Shown one piece after another: positions 1 to 10,155 of a stretch of 64,000 nt of DNA (within the stretch, counting starts at the first letter, position 1; every line of letters begins with the position of its first letter). The notes beneath the pieces are model-generated. The model made no database searches and was not told the origin of the DNA. It saw only the letters and a list, made by a program, of their open reading frames with translations. This stretch comes from Candidatus Thorarchaeota archaeon. GTDB lineage: Archaea > Asgardarchaeota > Thorarchaeia > Thorarchaeales > Thorarchaeaceae. Location: the NCBI GenBank assembly GCA_048882325.1, contig JBHLRS010000002.1:1-64000 (forward strand), written 5' to 3'. A program made the position numbers and the translations under genes.

Positions 1-47
1 AAATAATTGGCCAATCACTAGAAACTATCTCAACAAGGAAACTGGTT

Positions 48-962
48 CTATATTCCAGCTTCCTGGATCATCTCCTCAATCTTTATCCGTCCCAAACGTG
101 GGAATTTCTTAACTGGATATGAAAGAAGTACATCAACCGACTTTGAGAAGGGAGCGCTCTTCGCAATCCGAGACATCTGTTCAGCTTCCCGAAAGTGGTC
201 AGTCACAAATTTGGCAAAGAGAACAGGTTCCATAGCAGAGTAGAAGGAGAACCAATATGCGTTTGGAAATCTATCCCTTAGCCATCCATCAATCTCATCC
301 ATCCTTGAGGCTTGTTCGTCATACTTAATCTTGAGATAGAACTCTGTGTTCTTTCCGAGACTTAAGTTCCACCTCACTGCAAACCAGAACGCTGTGCTGT
401 CCTGCATTTCCTGAATCGCTCTACTCACACGCCTTGAGGTCAATCCAGTCCTCTCTGAGATTTCACTGACCTGCATCCGAGCATCCTCAAGAAGATATTT
501 CAGAACTCTGAGGTGGAGCTTCTTGATCTCAAATTTCTCTCCACGCGAAGTCAAAATTGTATGAAGTTCAATATCAGTGACCGAGTCCATCGTCCTGAGA
601 AAGGTGCCTAGGTTCTGGAGACCCTCAGCACCTTCATACTCACAATGGAGAAAATAGAGTCTTCCAACACTAGTGACTAACTGACCCACTTGGACAACCA
701 TCAGATTCGATCCGATTTGTTCAATGAAGGTCTCTTCATTTTCAGAACCGTCTGTATGGAGAAGTGCAATCAGATAATCAGAGTCCATCATTGCTGGTCT
801 GAGAATGATAGAACACTCCTCAATGACTCCAGTTTCGTTGAGTCGATCCATCCTCTTCTTGATGGCAGTTGCCGTAAGACCGAGTTGCTCCGCAAGTGAC
901 TGATATGATAATCTACAGTTCTCATCAAGAGCTAGAAGTATTTTCTTGTCTATAGAATCCAA
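48..962 (-). CDS. Lrp/AsnC-family transcriptional regulator, tandem (two HTH-effector units)
   Basis: N-terminal MDSIDKKILLALDENCRLSYQSLAEQLGLT and a second HTH LRVLKYLLEDARMQVSEISERTGLT; TTG start. Confidence 0.9.
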   Translation of the reverse strand: MDSIDKKILLALDENCRLSYQSLAEQLGLTATAIKKRMDRLNETGVIEECSIILRPAMMDSDYLIALLHTDGSENEETFIEQIGSNLMVVQVGQLVTSVGRLYFLHCEYEGAEGLQNLGTFLRTMDSVTDIELHTILTSRGEKFEIKKLHLRVLKYLLEDARMQVSEISERTGLTSRRVSRAIQEMQDSTAFWFAVRWNLSLGKNTEFYLKIKYDEQASRMDEIDGWLRDRFPNAYWFSFYSAMEPVLFAKFVTDHFREAEQMSRIAKSAPFSKSVDVLLSYPVKKFPRLGRIKIEEMIQEAGI

Positions 963-980
963 GACCTACACCCTGACTGT

Positions 981-1361
981 TCACTCAGTCTCAGGTGGAA
1001 TTAGAGCTCTAAATAGGTTGTCTTCAGGAGGTTCTTGAATCTCCTTTGATGCGCAGTAGATGCACCCAGTCCCGATGACTGACAAATCGAAACCCTCATC
1101 CCTAAGTCTTTGAAGATATAACAGATGTTCAGAGAGTCTGTCAATGAGAACAGATGAGTCACACTCCTTTGATTCAACATTCTCGGGGAGAGACATCTCA
1201 ACCTCAATGAAGAATGAATCTCCTCCCTGGATGTCATGTTCCAGAAGAATACGTACCCATGAGGTCTTATGGATGAGGGTTGTCACTTCATCAGGATTCT
1301 TCTTGTCTTTGAGGAGAATCGTTGCTTTATCGAATTTCTCCTTAAGGGTGGATTTTATCAT
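981..1361 (-). CDS. hypothetical protein
   Basis: 126-aa ORF, co-oriented and tightly spaced with its neighbours; no recognised motif. Confidence 0.7.
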   Translation of the reverse strand: MIKSTLKEKFDKATILLKDKKNPDEVTTLIHKTSWVRILLEHDIQGGDSFFIEVEMSLPENVESKECDSSVLIDRLSEHLLYLQRLRDEGFDLSVIGTGCIYCASKEIQEPPEDNLFRALIPPETE

Positions 1362-1430
1362 CTAGTTCACTTAGTAATAATCTCTTGAACTAAATATCAA
1401 ATAGCCTACACCTGCAGGTTAGGAAAACAG

Positions 1431-2900
1431 CTACTCTTTCTCTGAAACGTTGGCAAGGGACTTCGCGAGTTTCTTCTTTGTTTCCAAATCGCTCAGACGG
1501 TTTATCATTATTCTCTGAGCTTGCGGAGACCCTGCTCCATGCATAGACTCGGTAAGGTACCCCACTGCCGCTCGGCCAAGGGTTAGGTTCTCAATAAGTC
1601 GTAGCATCTTCACTCTATCCATAGTATCTACACCCTCAGCTCCAGCCAGATACTTCTCAACAATCTCTCGAGTTTCAGGATTGCTTAATTCTTTGGCACT
1701 TGGACAAGTCACAAAGAGCCCGCCAGCAATGTCCTGTAAAAGTCTGGATATCTCGTAAGGAAACCGAGTTACGTTTTGCTTGCATACATTTGCCAAGAGA
1801 AGGTCAACCAAGTAATTCCCAGCTGGTGTCTGGTGACCAGCAGCTGAGCAAGCAATTCCACAAGAAAACAGAGTTTCGTTCAGGTGTACCATCTCTGTGA
1901 TCTTGTCACGAATGTGTGATGCTTTCTCAACACCATTGTACTCTGCGATGGATGCTGCAGCACCAACTAGAACATCACCCACCCCAACTTTACAACCACC
2001 ATAGCTCTGTCTATGATAGGCTGCAAACGAGTCTACTAGTCGACTGCAGAACTCACTCTCACCATTCATGAATATCCGCTCGTTGGGGACAAACACGTCA
2101 TCAAACACAATGAGACATTCTTGGCCTCCATAAGCTGGATTACCGCAGTCAATATCTCCTGTTTCAGATTCGTCAAGCCTGCGAAGATCACAGGACTGGC
2201 GTCCGTAGTAATATGTGATGCCTTCTGCATCAGCAGGAATGGCACAACAAATGGCATAGTCTTTGTCTTCATTCCTCATTGCCAGCGTGGGCATGATTAG
2301 ATGCTCATGGGAATTGACTGCTCCTGTTTGGTGAGCCTTTGCGCCTCGAATCACAACACCATCATCACGACGCTCTGTAACATGGACATAGACATCAGGG
2401 TCCTTCTGTTCGGAAGGCCTTTTGCTACGGTCTCCTTTTGGATCAGTCATGCATCCATCGATTACCCAGTCTTCTTTTTCGGCATTCTTGACATAGTTGA
2501 TTAATCGTTGATGATAGTCAGTACCAAACTTCTCGTCTATCTCATAAGTCGTGAGATAGACAGCATTGAGAGCGTCCATCCCAACACATCTCTGAAAACA
2601 TGTTCCGGAAACTTGTCCCAACAGCCGTTGCATCTTAACCTTATCCTGAAGGTCATCTGTACTATTGTGGAGATGGCAGAATCTGTTGATAGTGTCCCCG
2701 GTGATGACAGATTTGGCAGTCATGAGGTCAGAAAACTCGGGATTATGAGCAAGATCATAGGTCAGTGCTACCGAGTTAATTGATGCCCTTATTATCGGAT
2801 GTTCAAGTGGATTCTCTATCTTCTCCCCGAGCATGTAAATCCTAAGAGGGCCACGTTTTCTTAGACTCTCGATATATTCTTCACCAGTCTTCAGAACCAT
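1431..2900 (-). CDS. abfD: 4-hydroxybutyryl-CoA dehydratase / vinylacetyl-CoA isomerase (HpaB/AbfD family)
   Basis: GTCFQRCVGMDA, MTDPKGDRS, RGAKAHQTG, HRQSYGGCKVG and ESMHGAGSPQAQR motifs; start placed at MVLKTGEEY. Confidence 0.9.
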   Translation of the reverse strand: MVLKTGEEYIESLRKRGPLRIYMLGEKIENPLEHPIIRASINSVALTYDLAHNPEFSDLMTAKSVITGDTINRFCHLHNSTDDLQDKVKMQRLLGQVSGTCFQRCVGMDALNAVYLTTYEIDEKFGTDYHQRLINYVKNAEKEDWVIDGCMTDPKGDRSKRPSEQKDPDVYVHVTERRDDGVVIRGAKAHQTGAVNSHEHLIMPTLAMRNEDKDYAICCAIPADAEGITYYYGRQSCDLRRLDESETGDIDCGNPAYGGQECLIVFDDVFVPNERIFMNGESEFCSRLVDSFAAYHRQSYGGCKVGVGDVLVGAAASIAEYNGVEKASHIRDKITEMVHLNETLFSCGIACSAAGHQTPAGNYLVDLLLANVCKQNVTRFPYEISRLLQDIAGGLFVTCPSAKELSNPETREIVEKYLAGAEGVDTMDRVKMLRLIENLTLGRAAVGYLTESMHGAGSPQAQRIMINRLSDLETKKKLAKSLANVSEKE

Positions 2901-2977
2901 AGGCTTTGCCACCCATTGCAACTGTGGATTCTTCAATATGTGCTTCAATCACTTAAGAGCTGTTCTATAAACAAGCG

Positions 2978-3670
2978 TTAATTTTCCCACGCTCTAAAGT
3001 TCTCCAGAATGCCAATGACTTCGTCGTCTGGAACATCATACCAATTTTTGTAGGCATTGGCAACAGCAAAGATAAAGCCAGTTTCTATCCTTGGACAGAT
3101 GAAATTGGATACCTCTCCACCAATCATGTCTGCAGCACTACCTGATGAGGTTGGTACGGCCACTGTGACGCTATTAGGTACAAGATTTCTGACTGATTCA
3201 ATTGCCGCCATCATGGTGTATCCACTTGCCAACCCATCATCAACCAAAATGACATCCTTATTGGATGGGTCGAGGATACCTACGAGCCCTCGATAATCAG
3301 CCTTTCTTCTGTCAATCTGACTCTGCGTCTGTTTGACCACCATGTCTATCTGATGCTGGTTCAGACCTATAGATCGAACCAGCCTCTCATTTAGTAGTAG
3401 GGATCCATAGGATGTTAGTGCTCCAAAGCCAGCTTCAGTATTTCCGGGAACTTGAAGCTTTCTTACAATGATTGCATCTAGCTCCGAATCAAGAGCTTTG
3501 GCAATCTCAGCGCCTACAGGGATACCACCATTTGGTATAGCAAGAACCACTGGTCGAGCTGCAAAACATACTTTTGTCAATTCTTGAGCTATGACCTTAC
3601 CAGCCTCAGAGCGGTTCTCATAGGAGTACAAATTCTTCCCCTTGCGAGGAAATACAATCAATGTCCACAT
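2978..3670 (-). CDS. type I phosphoribosyltransferase family protein
   Basis: VLAIPNGGIPV, VRKL, and PRPP-binding loop VILVDDGLASGYT; start uncertain. Confidence 0.85.
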   Translation of the reverse strand: MWTLIVFPRKGKNLYSYENRSEAGKVIAQELTKVCFAARPVVLAIPNGGIPVGAEIAKALDSELDAIIVRKLQVPGNTEAGFGALTSYGSLLLNERLVRSIGLNQHQIDMVVKQTQSQIDRRKADYRGLVGILDPSNKDVILVDDGLASGYTMMAAIESVRNLVPNSVTVAVPTSSGSAADMIGGEVSNFICPRIETGFIFAVANAYKNWYDVPDDEVIGILENFRAWEN

Positions 3671-3792
3671 AAGGTGTGCGAAAGGTCATCTATTATTCTT
3701 CAACAGAGATTTTGCCCTTGGAAATTAAAACTTGACTTATGTATCCGGAGAGATTCCCGGAATATATAACAGATATAGAATGAAACCTGAAT

Positions 3793-4788
3793 GTGGTGTT
3801 TCGCGTGTCAGATTCAAAACACAGATTGCTTTACCTTTCACAAGCTGACATCAATAAGATTGACCTCCCTATGAAGGAGATAATTCAGCTGCTAGAGATC
3901 GCATTCACAGAGAAAGCGGAGAGTAGGGTTGAGATGCCTCCGAAGCCTGGAATACATCCAGGTGAGTCAGACAACTTCATCCATGCTATGCCAGCGTACA
4001 TTCCAGCATTGAACTCTGCAGGTGTGAAATGGGTAAGTGGTTTCCCACAAAACCAAGAGAAGGGATTGCCTTACATCTCAGGGCTACTCATTCTGAACGA
4101 CCCCGAAACCGGTCTTCCAATCTCGGTCATGGACTGTGTCTGGATTACGGCCAAGCGGACTGGTGCTGCGACCGCAGTTGCGGCGAAACATCTGGCCCGA
4201 TCTGACTCGTCAGTCATTGGAGTTCTTGGATGTGGAGTTCAGGGTAGGAGTAATATTGAGGCGTTAAATGTCGTGTTCCCATTGAGGCATGTCATGGCAT
4301 ATGACATATCTCCCAAGGTCTCGGTAAAATATGCAGAAGAGATTGAGGACCGTTTTGGATTGGAAGTCACAGTTGTGGATGGACCTCAGGAAGCTGTTAC
4401 TGGATGTGATATAATTGTAACAGCTGGACCCATTCTCAAGAGGCCTCATGCAACAATTCAAGCAGGTTGGATGGATGAGGGAGCATTTGCATCTCTAGTT
4501 GACTTTGACTCCTATTGGCATCCTGATGCGATGCGAGAGTCAGACAAGTTCTGCACAGATGATGTTACGCAACTTGTCCATTATCAGCAGGTCGGATATT
4601 TCCAGGATATCCCACCCATTCATGCAGACTTAGCTGAACTTGTTTCAGAGAGAAAAAAGGGGAGAGAAACGAAAGAGGAACGTACCATGACATGCAATCT
4701 TGGACTGGCAATGGATGACATGGCAGTTGCACCATCACTCTATGAGAGAGCTATTGAGAAAGAGATAGGGACTTGGCTACCATTATAG
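3793..4788 (+). CDS. ornithine cyclodeaminase / alanine dehydrogenase / mu-crystallin family protein
   Basis: HAMPAY, GVKWV, ITAKRTGAA, Rossmann GCGVQG, GLAMDD. Confidence 0.9.
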   Translation: MVFRVSDSKHRLLYLSQADINKIDLPMKEIIQLLEIAFTEKAESRVEMPPKPGIHPGESDNFIHAMPAYIPALNSAGVKWVSGFPQNQEKGLPYISGLLILNDPETGLPISVMDCVWITAKRTGAATAVAAKHLARSDSSVIGVLGCGVQGRSNIEALNVVFPLRHVMAYDISPKVSVKYAEEIEDRFGLEVTVVDGPQEAVTGCDIIVTAGPILKRPHATIQAGWMDEGAFASLVDFDSYWHPDAMRESDKFCTDDVTQLVHYQQVGYFQDIPPIHADLAELVSERKKGRETKEERTMTCNLGLAMDDMAVAPSLYERAIEKEIGTWLPL

Positions 4789-4824
4789 TCCAAAGAAAAA
4801 GTAAAGGATGAAAAGTGATGCGAT

Positions 4825-5445
4825 TCAGCGAACAATACCAACTTTGACTGTTGATACAAGTGCATCTTTGATCTTATCCCATTGGAATTTCATTCCAGCT
4901 GTTATTAAGAGGTTTGATAGACCATTGATGGCACTAAGCAGAATAGTTGCAACACTGTTGGGATCAACGTCCTTTCGAAATTCCCGAGTCTGAACTCCCT
5001 CCTCTATTGTGCTCTCCAACAGTTTGACGACTGCGAGTTGTTGCTCTCGATGTTGTTTCCTCATTTTTGGCAATCTCGAAGAGGCAACCTGAAACTCTAA
5101 GTCCATACGACACATCACCTCAGAAACATCACAGATTGAAGCAAAAACCAAGTCTGCAGCCTTCTCCAGTTTTGCCAAAGCAGTTGGTTCTTGGTCAATA
5201 GCTGATTTGAGCTGGTTGTAGTTTATTGTAGCAAACCTCTTCTGAAGTTCAAGAAAGAGAGTTTCCTTGCTGTCAAAGTAACCGTAGATAGCTCCTTTAC
5301 TAAATCCACTCTCTGTCACAATGTCATCAATAGATGTTTCATGATACCCCTTTTTTGAAAACAGGGATAGGGCCGCTTGCAGGATCTTTTCCTTCATCAT
5401 GGTCTTATATTCATCAGATACTTTTGGAGACAATTTCAACACCAC
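4825..5445 (-). CDS. TetR/AcrR-family transcriptional regulator
   Basis: ILQAALSLFSKKGYHETSIDDIVTESGFSKGAIYGYFDSKETLF. Confidence 0.93.
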   Translation of the reverse strand: MVLKLSPKVSDEYKTMMKEKILQAALSLFSKKGYHETSIDDIVTESGFSKGAIYGYFDSKETLFLELQKRFATINYNQLKSAIDQEPTALAKLEKAADLVFASICDVSEVMCRMDLEFQVASSRLPKMRKQHREQQLAVVKLLESTIEEGVQTREFRKDVDPNSVATILLSAINGLSNLLITAGMKFQWDKIKDALVSTVKVGIVR

Positions 5446-5459
5446 ATGTCATATATATA

Positions 5460-5477
5460 AAACTGACCAGTCGGTTT
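5460..5477. promoter_or_regulatory. putative TetR operator (copy 1), upstream of tetR
   Basis: Imperfect palindrome AAACTGACCAGTCGGTTT next to a minus-strand TATA-like TTTATATT; near-identical copies at 6930 and 6961. Confidence 0.75.
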
Positions 5478-5496
5478 AATATAAATCTTGTGTAAT

Positions 5497-5529
5497 AAAG
5501 AAGGAGGTGTGCCCTTGAAATCAAGGGCA
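5497..5529 (-). terminator. hairpin + pyrimidine tail downstream of the MFS gene
   Basis: Inverted repeat TGCCCTTGA-aa-TCAAGGGCA, followed on the minus strand by CACCTCCTTCTTT. Confidence 0.6.
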
Positions 5530-5543
5530 ACAAACCGTCAATC

Positions 5544-6902
5544 CTACTCCTGATCAGGAGTAATCTCACCAAGAGTCTTTATGGACCTGTTCAAAATACC
5601 AAAGATTCCGACCATAGCGAGGAGAATTCCACCGACAAGATACCATGCCTGGATACCGAAAGCATCCCCGATTCCTCCAGCTAAAGCCAGACCTATGGGG
5701 GTCATAGCAGGACCAAGACTAATTAGGACAGTGAAGACTCGACCCTGAATTTCGGGGGGTACAATCGACTGAACCACGGCCATTATTGAACCACTGGCTA
5801 ATGGGATCATCATTCCAGCAACGAACATTGCACCTATAGCGAGTTGAATGAGATTCGCAGGTGCAAGTCCAACCATAAAGATGCTTACCGATCCTGTAAG
5901 GATTGCGACCAATGCAGTTACCATTCTTCTCTTGAAACCACCCCAAACACCAAGTGTAACGCCTCCTAGTACCATTCCAATACCCATCATTGACTCGATC
6001 CAAGCTAGCTCGAATGCACCACCTGCAAAGTGGAGTAGTACGAGGAGTGGGGTGAGCGCAAAGGTGGGAATCAGAACGACATTGGTCATCATTAAGCCAA
6101 AAGTCAGGAACCTTCCACCTTTCCAGTTCTTCATGTAAGAGAACCCTGTCACGATATCTTGAGCAACCCCAGAAATACCAGAGTTGGATTTTGAGGTTGG
6201 GAAATTAGGTTGAGGGATTCCGATGAATAATAGCGGTAGTATGGCCATTGCAGCTGTAGCTACATCTAGCAGGATCGTATAGTGTATAGGCAGTAGAACT
6301 AGAAGGAGAGCTCCTAAAGCAGGCGCAGCTATCCTTGCCAGACCTTGTAGAGCCTGATACATACCATTCACTCTTGAGAGGTGCTCATCAGGAACCATTA
6401 AGGAAGCTGAAGCTTGCAGAGCAGGCCATTGGAAGCTGCCCATTGTTGACCGAATTGCCATAACAGCGAAGACATGTATGATATCAACAACACCCATGGA
6501 CCAGAGCAATGATAACCCCACAATAGTAAGAGCAGAAAGGGCATCTGCAGCAATCATGACTCGTTTTCGATTCCATCGGTCGACCAACGCCCCAGAAAAT
6601 GGACTGACTAATATCTGAGGTAAGACCACCATCATCGTCGCTAGGGAGAGAACAACTGCACTCCCGGTCGTAAATGTCAGCCACCAAACAAGTGTGAACT
6701 GGACAAGTGCACTTCCAACCAATGAGAATGCTTGCCCACTAAAGATCTTCATATAGTCACGAGTTTGATTTCTCATCAGATCTGGTGTCTGAAGAGGATT
6801 TTCCACAGGCACTAATTCAGTGGGAGATACTACTATTGTAACCTGCTGAGTGCTCTGTGTTGTGCTATTGGATTTTGCTTCGTTTCTTGAAATTAAACTC
6901 AA
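5544..6902 (-). CDS. MFS efflux transporter (DHA3/MefA-like)
   Basis: GQAFSLVGSALVQF, motif A GALVDRWNRKRVM, about 12 hydrophobic segments, QGRVF; true start may be downstream. Confidence 0.9.
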   Translation of the reverse strand: MSLISRNEAKSNSTTQSTQQVTIVVSPTELVPVENPLQTPDLMRNQTRDYMKIFSGQAFSLVGSALVQFTLVWWLTFTTGSAVVLSLATMMVVLPQILVSPFSGALVDRWNRKRVMIAADALSALTIVGLSLLWSMGVVDIIHVFAVMAIRSTMGSFQWPALQASASLMVPDEHLSRVNGMYQALQGLARIAAPALGALLLVLLPIHYTILLDVATAAMAILPLLFIGIPQPNFPTSKSNSGISGVAQDIVTGFSYMKNWKGGRFLTFGLMMTNVVLIPTFALTPLLVLLHFAGGAFELAWIESMMGIGMVLGGVTLGVWGGFKRRMVTALVAILTGSVSIFMVGLAPANLIQLAIGAMFVAGMMIPLASGSIMAVVQSIVPPEIQGRVFTVLISLGPAMTPIGLALAGGIGDAFGIQAWYLVGGILLAMVGIFGILNRSIKTLGEITPDQE

Positions 6903-6929
6903 TTGCGTGAACCTTCCTTTGAATTAATA

Positions 6930-6978
6930 AAACCGACTGGGCGGTTTTTATTATTAAAATAAACTGACTAGTCGGTTT
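6930..6978. promoter_or_regulatory. putative TetR operators (copies 2 and 3), upstream of the MFS gene
   Basis: AAACCGACTGGGCGGTTT (6930-6947) and AAACTGACTAGTCGGTTT (6961-6978); the second overlaps TTTATAAA (6976-6983). Confidence 0.75.
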
Positions 6979-7074
6979 ATAAATGTTTTGCTTTTGCTTA
7001 ACGGAGCAATCTTTCAATGACAGCTGAAACGTAATGATTATTTTAGAGAAAATCCTCGCTACAATGATTACAAA

Positions 7075-7992
7075 ATGGATATTGTCGACAAGCAGCTACT
7101 AACAGAACTCACAAGAAACTGTAGAAGCTCCTATCAGGACCTCAGTCTGAAGTTTGGCTTTACTGCCAATGCGGTAAGGAAACGTATCGACAAACTTCTT
7201 GCTAATGGCACACTTTATTCATTCACGATTCGTCCTGCATTGAATTCGATGAATGGGAATATTGCAATTTCATTAATCGAAACTGATGGCGATGAATCAC
7301 CAATTGAATTCATGGAATCGCTTGGGACCAATGAAATGGTTGGAGAGATCAATCCAATTGCGACCAAAGATAGAGGATTCTATTTGGTCATTTCTGACTA
7401 TATCGGAGCTGATGGGATTCTCGAACTTGGTGCTTTCTTCAGAAAGCTTGACCATGTCGACAAGGTGACTATGCATCCAGTAATAACTGATCAATTCTAT
7501 CATGGCAAGTCTGTTGAATTCAAGCAACTGGACCTCAGAGTGATGAAGCATCTGGCTCATGATGCAAGGATGCCAATTAGTAAGTTAGCAGAGAAAGCCA
7601 ATTTGACTGCACGTAGAGTTCGCAACATTCTGAAAAGACTCAATGAAGATCAAGGTCTAATCTTCACAATTAGATGGAACACAGCAGCGGCTGGAGCTGT
7701 CAGGGTTTTCATCGTAGGTGAATACGATCAGAAAAAGTCAGACCACGAGAATGTTGTCAACTGGCTTCAAAAAGAGTATCCAAAGGAATTCTGGCTTTAC
7801 TGGATTTCAACAAATGAGCCAACTATTTTCGCTAGCTTTGCAGTAGATTCCATAGAGGAAGCCAGAGTAATATCAATCGAGATTCAAAAGAATACAATGC
7901 TGAAATCAATCAATACTTGGTTGTGTTATCCACCTATGAAGTTCAAAACTTTTCCAGAAATCTGGTTAGAAGATATGCTTGCTGATATTTAG
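7075..7992 (+). CDS. Lrp/AsnC-family transcriptional regulator, tandem
   Basis: MDIVDKQLLTELTRNCRSSY... and DLRVMKHLAHDARMPISKLAEKANLT; paralogue of 48..962. Confidence 0.9.
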   Translation: MDIVDKQLLTELTRNCRSSYQDLSLKFGFTANAVRKRIDKLLANGTLYSFTIRPALNSMNGNIAISLIETDGDESPIEFMESLGTNEMVGEINPIATKDRGFYLVISDYIGADGILELGAFFRKLDHVDKVTMHPVITDQFYHGKSVEFKQLDLRVMKHLAHDARMPISKLAEKANLTARRVRNILKRLNEDQGLIFTIRWNTAAAGAVRVFIVGEYDQKKSDHENVVNWLQKEYPKEFWLYWISTNEPTIFASFAVDSIEEARVISIEIQKNTMLKSINTWLCYPPMKFKTFPEIWLEDMLADI

Positions 7993-8044
7993 TTTGAAAT
8001 GCAATGACATCTGTTATGTAAAGATGAGGTTATCGAGATTTTTA

Positions 8045-8230
8045 CTATATCAGGAAATATTGGAGGAAAGAACAAGACTGGACATCCTCCCTCAATGATC
8101 CAGTACCAATCAGAGGATCATCAAATCCTGATTTTTCAACGACGCGCTCTGTTACGTTGAAAACTTTGTGAGCAACAACCAGAGTAATCAATAACGATAT
8201 CAGCCACGCAAAAAGGATTGGATCTATCAT
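8045..8230 (-). CDS. small membrane protein (uncertain)
   Basis: ATG start followed by a hydrophobic helix ILFAWLISLLITLVVA. Confidence 0.35.
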   Translation of the reverse strand: MIDPILFAWLISLLITLVVAHKVFNVTERVVEKSGFDDPLIGTGSLREDVQSCSFLQYFLI

Positions 8231-8683
8231 AGCAATCAGGGTGTAAGTGTATTAATTGAATATGATATCTCGCCAAAGAGATGGTTGGTCTTCCATCCAT
8301 TTGGTTCACTATTTGACCTAAAACAGAACGCTCTACTTCGTTTTCATGTAGTTATGGGAAAGAATAGACAAAGGCGTGATCCTCGCACCCTTGCGGAGTG
8401 TATCAGACCTAGCACGTATATTTATGGCATTGTCTTTATCAATAAAGTACGATTGCGAGAGGGATTGGCATATTTCTTCCAATATAGTCTGAAGTTCCGA
8501 AGCAGCTATACAACGAGTTTGCATCTTTGGTACTAATTGGTGGAATGGCAAGTACTTCAAAAGTGGTCATCATCATTTGAGGTTCGAATTGAGGAGAAAA
8601 GGCATGAGAAACAAAGTTCAGCATTCACGAGCTTCTCAACTTCTGTTGGACTTAGATTCTCTATTTGATTTCTAGACGTATGG

Positions 8684-9985
8684 TCACCTACGTTTCACAA
8701 TAACTATTACTGATATTATGAATACCCCGCTCATAACTCCCATAAGAATAAGAGTGGGCGGAAAAACGAGAGAGTTAGTAGGAGACGTAGACGGTATTGT
8801 CGGAGATGTAGTTTGGAATGTATTTGTGGGAGCAGGTTGTTGTGTCAATTGAGTCCATTCATTATTGTTTGGATCATAAGCCCATGTCTTCCCGTATGTA
8901 ATTAAATCATTACTACTAAGACCACCAAAAGCTCCGCCATATATTATAATACGATCTGATTCGGTATCGTATGCTGCGTTGTGACGACTTCTTTCAGGAG
9001 GACTAGGGATAAGGCTACAGCAAGGACCAAATGGACTCATTTCTGTCCAGCTTACTGTGTTGTAATCAAAGAACCAAAAATCACCATATACATCATTCTT
9101 TATACCACCTCCAAAAAGGACAACAATGTCCGATTCACTATCATATGCAAATGAAAAGGATGCGCGTTCAGATGGATGGACAATGTTTGTGAGGTTCTCC
9201 CAAGTATCACTATTATAATCATAAGCCCAAGTATCAGAAAAGAAGTAGGATTTATTGGCAATTACATGAAAGCCTCCAAAGAGAATTACTCTATCACTCT
9301 CTGAATCATAAGTCATTTTATGATTTGAACGAGTCGAGGGAAAAATACTAGGACTCATCATTTGCCACTCGTTGATTTCAGGATCAAAAACCCAAGTTCG
9401 ATTATCATAGGCATCACGTCCGCCAAACATGATTATCTTGTCACTTTCTATGTCATATGCCATGCCGTGCGCCCTTCTAGAATCAGGAGTATTAATTGGA
9501 AATAGCTGAGTCCAATTGTTTGTGTTGTAATCAAAAATCCAAGTGTCGTTTTGAGATTCCAGAGTTGATAAATCATGCATCCCACCAAAAACGAGAATTC
9601 GATCTCGGTGGGAATCATAAACTAAGGGAGATTCTGATCGACCCGGAGGCCTTATTTGTGGATTCAGTTTGGTATATGTATCCAAATTGAAATTATAAGC
9701 CCAAGTTTCGTTTTGGTCTTTGGATGAAACAGATAGATTCCATCCACCAAATATGATTATTCTGTCTGATTCCTCATCATATACTAATCCTGAGTCTCCT
9801 TTTACTGGGAGAATAGACTGATCACTCAGAATAATTCCCGTATCGAGTGTACTGGTGAGTTCCGAAGTTTCAGCACCATCTGGAACTATTAGAAATAGGT
9901 TTGTGTATCTAGCTGTTGATAAAACAAGTAGAGAAACAATGATTATCCTTAGAGCATATTGAATTCTGATTCTCACATGATTCAT
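8684..9985 (-). CDS. Kelch-repeat beta-propeller cell-surface protein
   Basis: About 6 repeats of YDxESDRxIxFGG...TWxYD; N-terminal signal-like segment, Thr/Pro/Ser linker, C-terminal TM helix + KRR. Confidence 0.9.
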   Translation of the reverse strand: MNHVRIRIQYALRIIIVSLLVLSTARYTNLFLIVPDGAETSELTSTLDTGIILSDQSILPVKGDSGLVYDEESDRIIIFGGWNLSVSSKDQNETWAYNFNLDTYTKLNPQIRPPGRSESPLVYDSHRDRILVFGGMHDLSTLESQNDTWIFDYNTNNWTQLFPINTPDSRRAHGMAYDIESDKIIMFGGRDAYDNRTWVFDPEINEWQMMSPSIFPSTRSNHKMTYDSESDRVILFGGFHVIANKSYFFSDTWAYDYNSDTWENLTNIVHPSERASFSFAYDSESDIVVLFGGGIKNDVYGDFWFFDYNTVSWTEMSPFGPCCSLIPSPPERSRHNAAYDTESDRIIIYGGAFGGLSSNDLITYGKTWAYDPNNNEWTQLTQQPAPTNTFQTTSPTIPSTSPTNSLVFPPTLILMGVMSGVFIISVIVIVKRR

Positions 9986-10155
9986 TTTGCATTCTTCCCA
10001 ATAAGTAATCGCGGCATGACAATGGGACTTCCAGATCTGAAACGTAAGATTTGAGATAACATCCTTGAAACAACAATTAAAAGAATAGCTTCACTTCGGT
10101 ACAGTACTAAATTGATTATAGTAAAATTGTTTTAATTGAGTTTCAACTGACAAAT

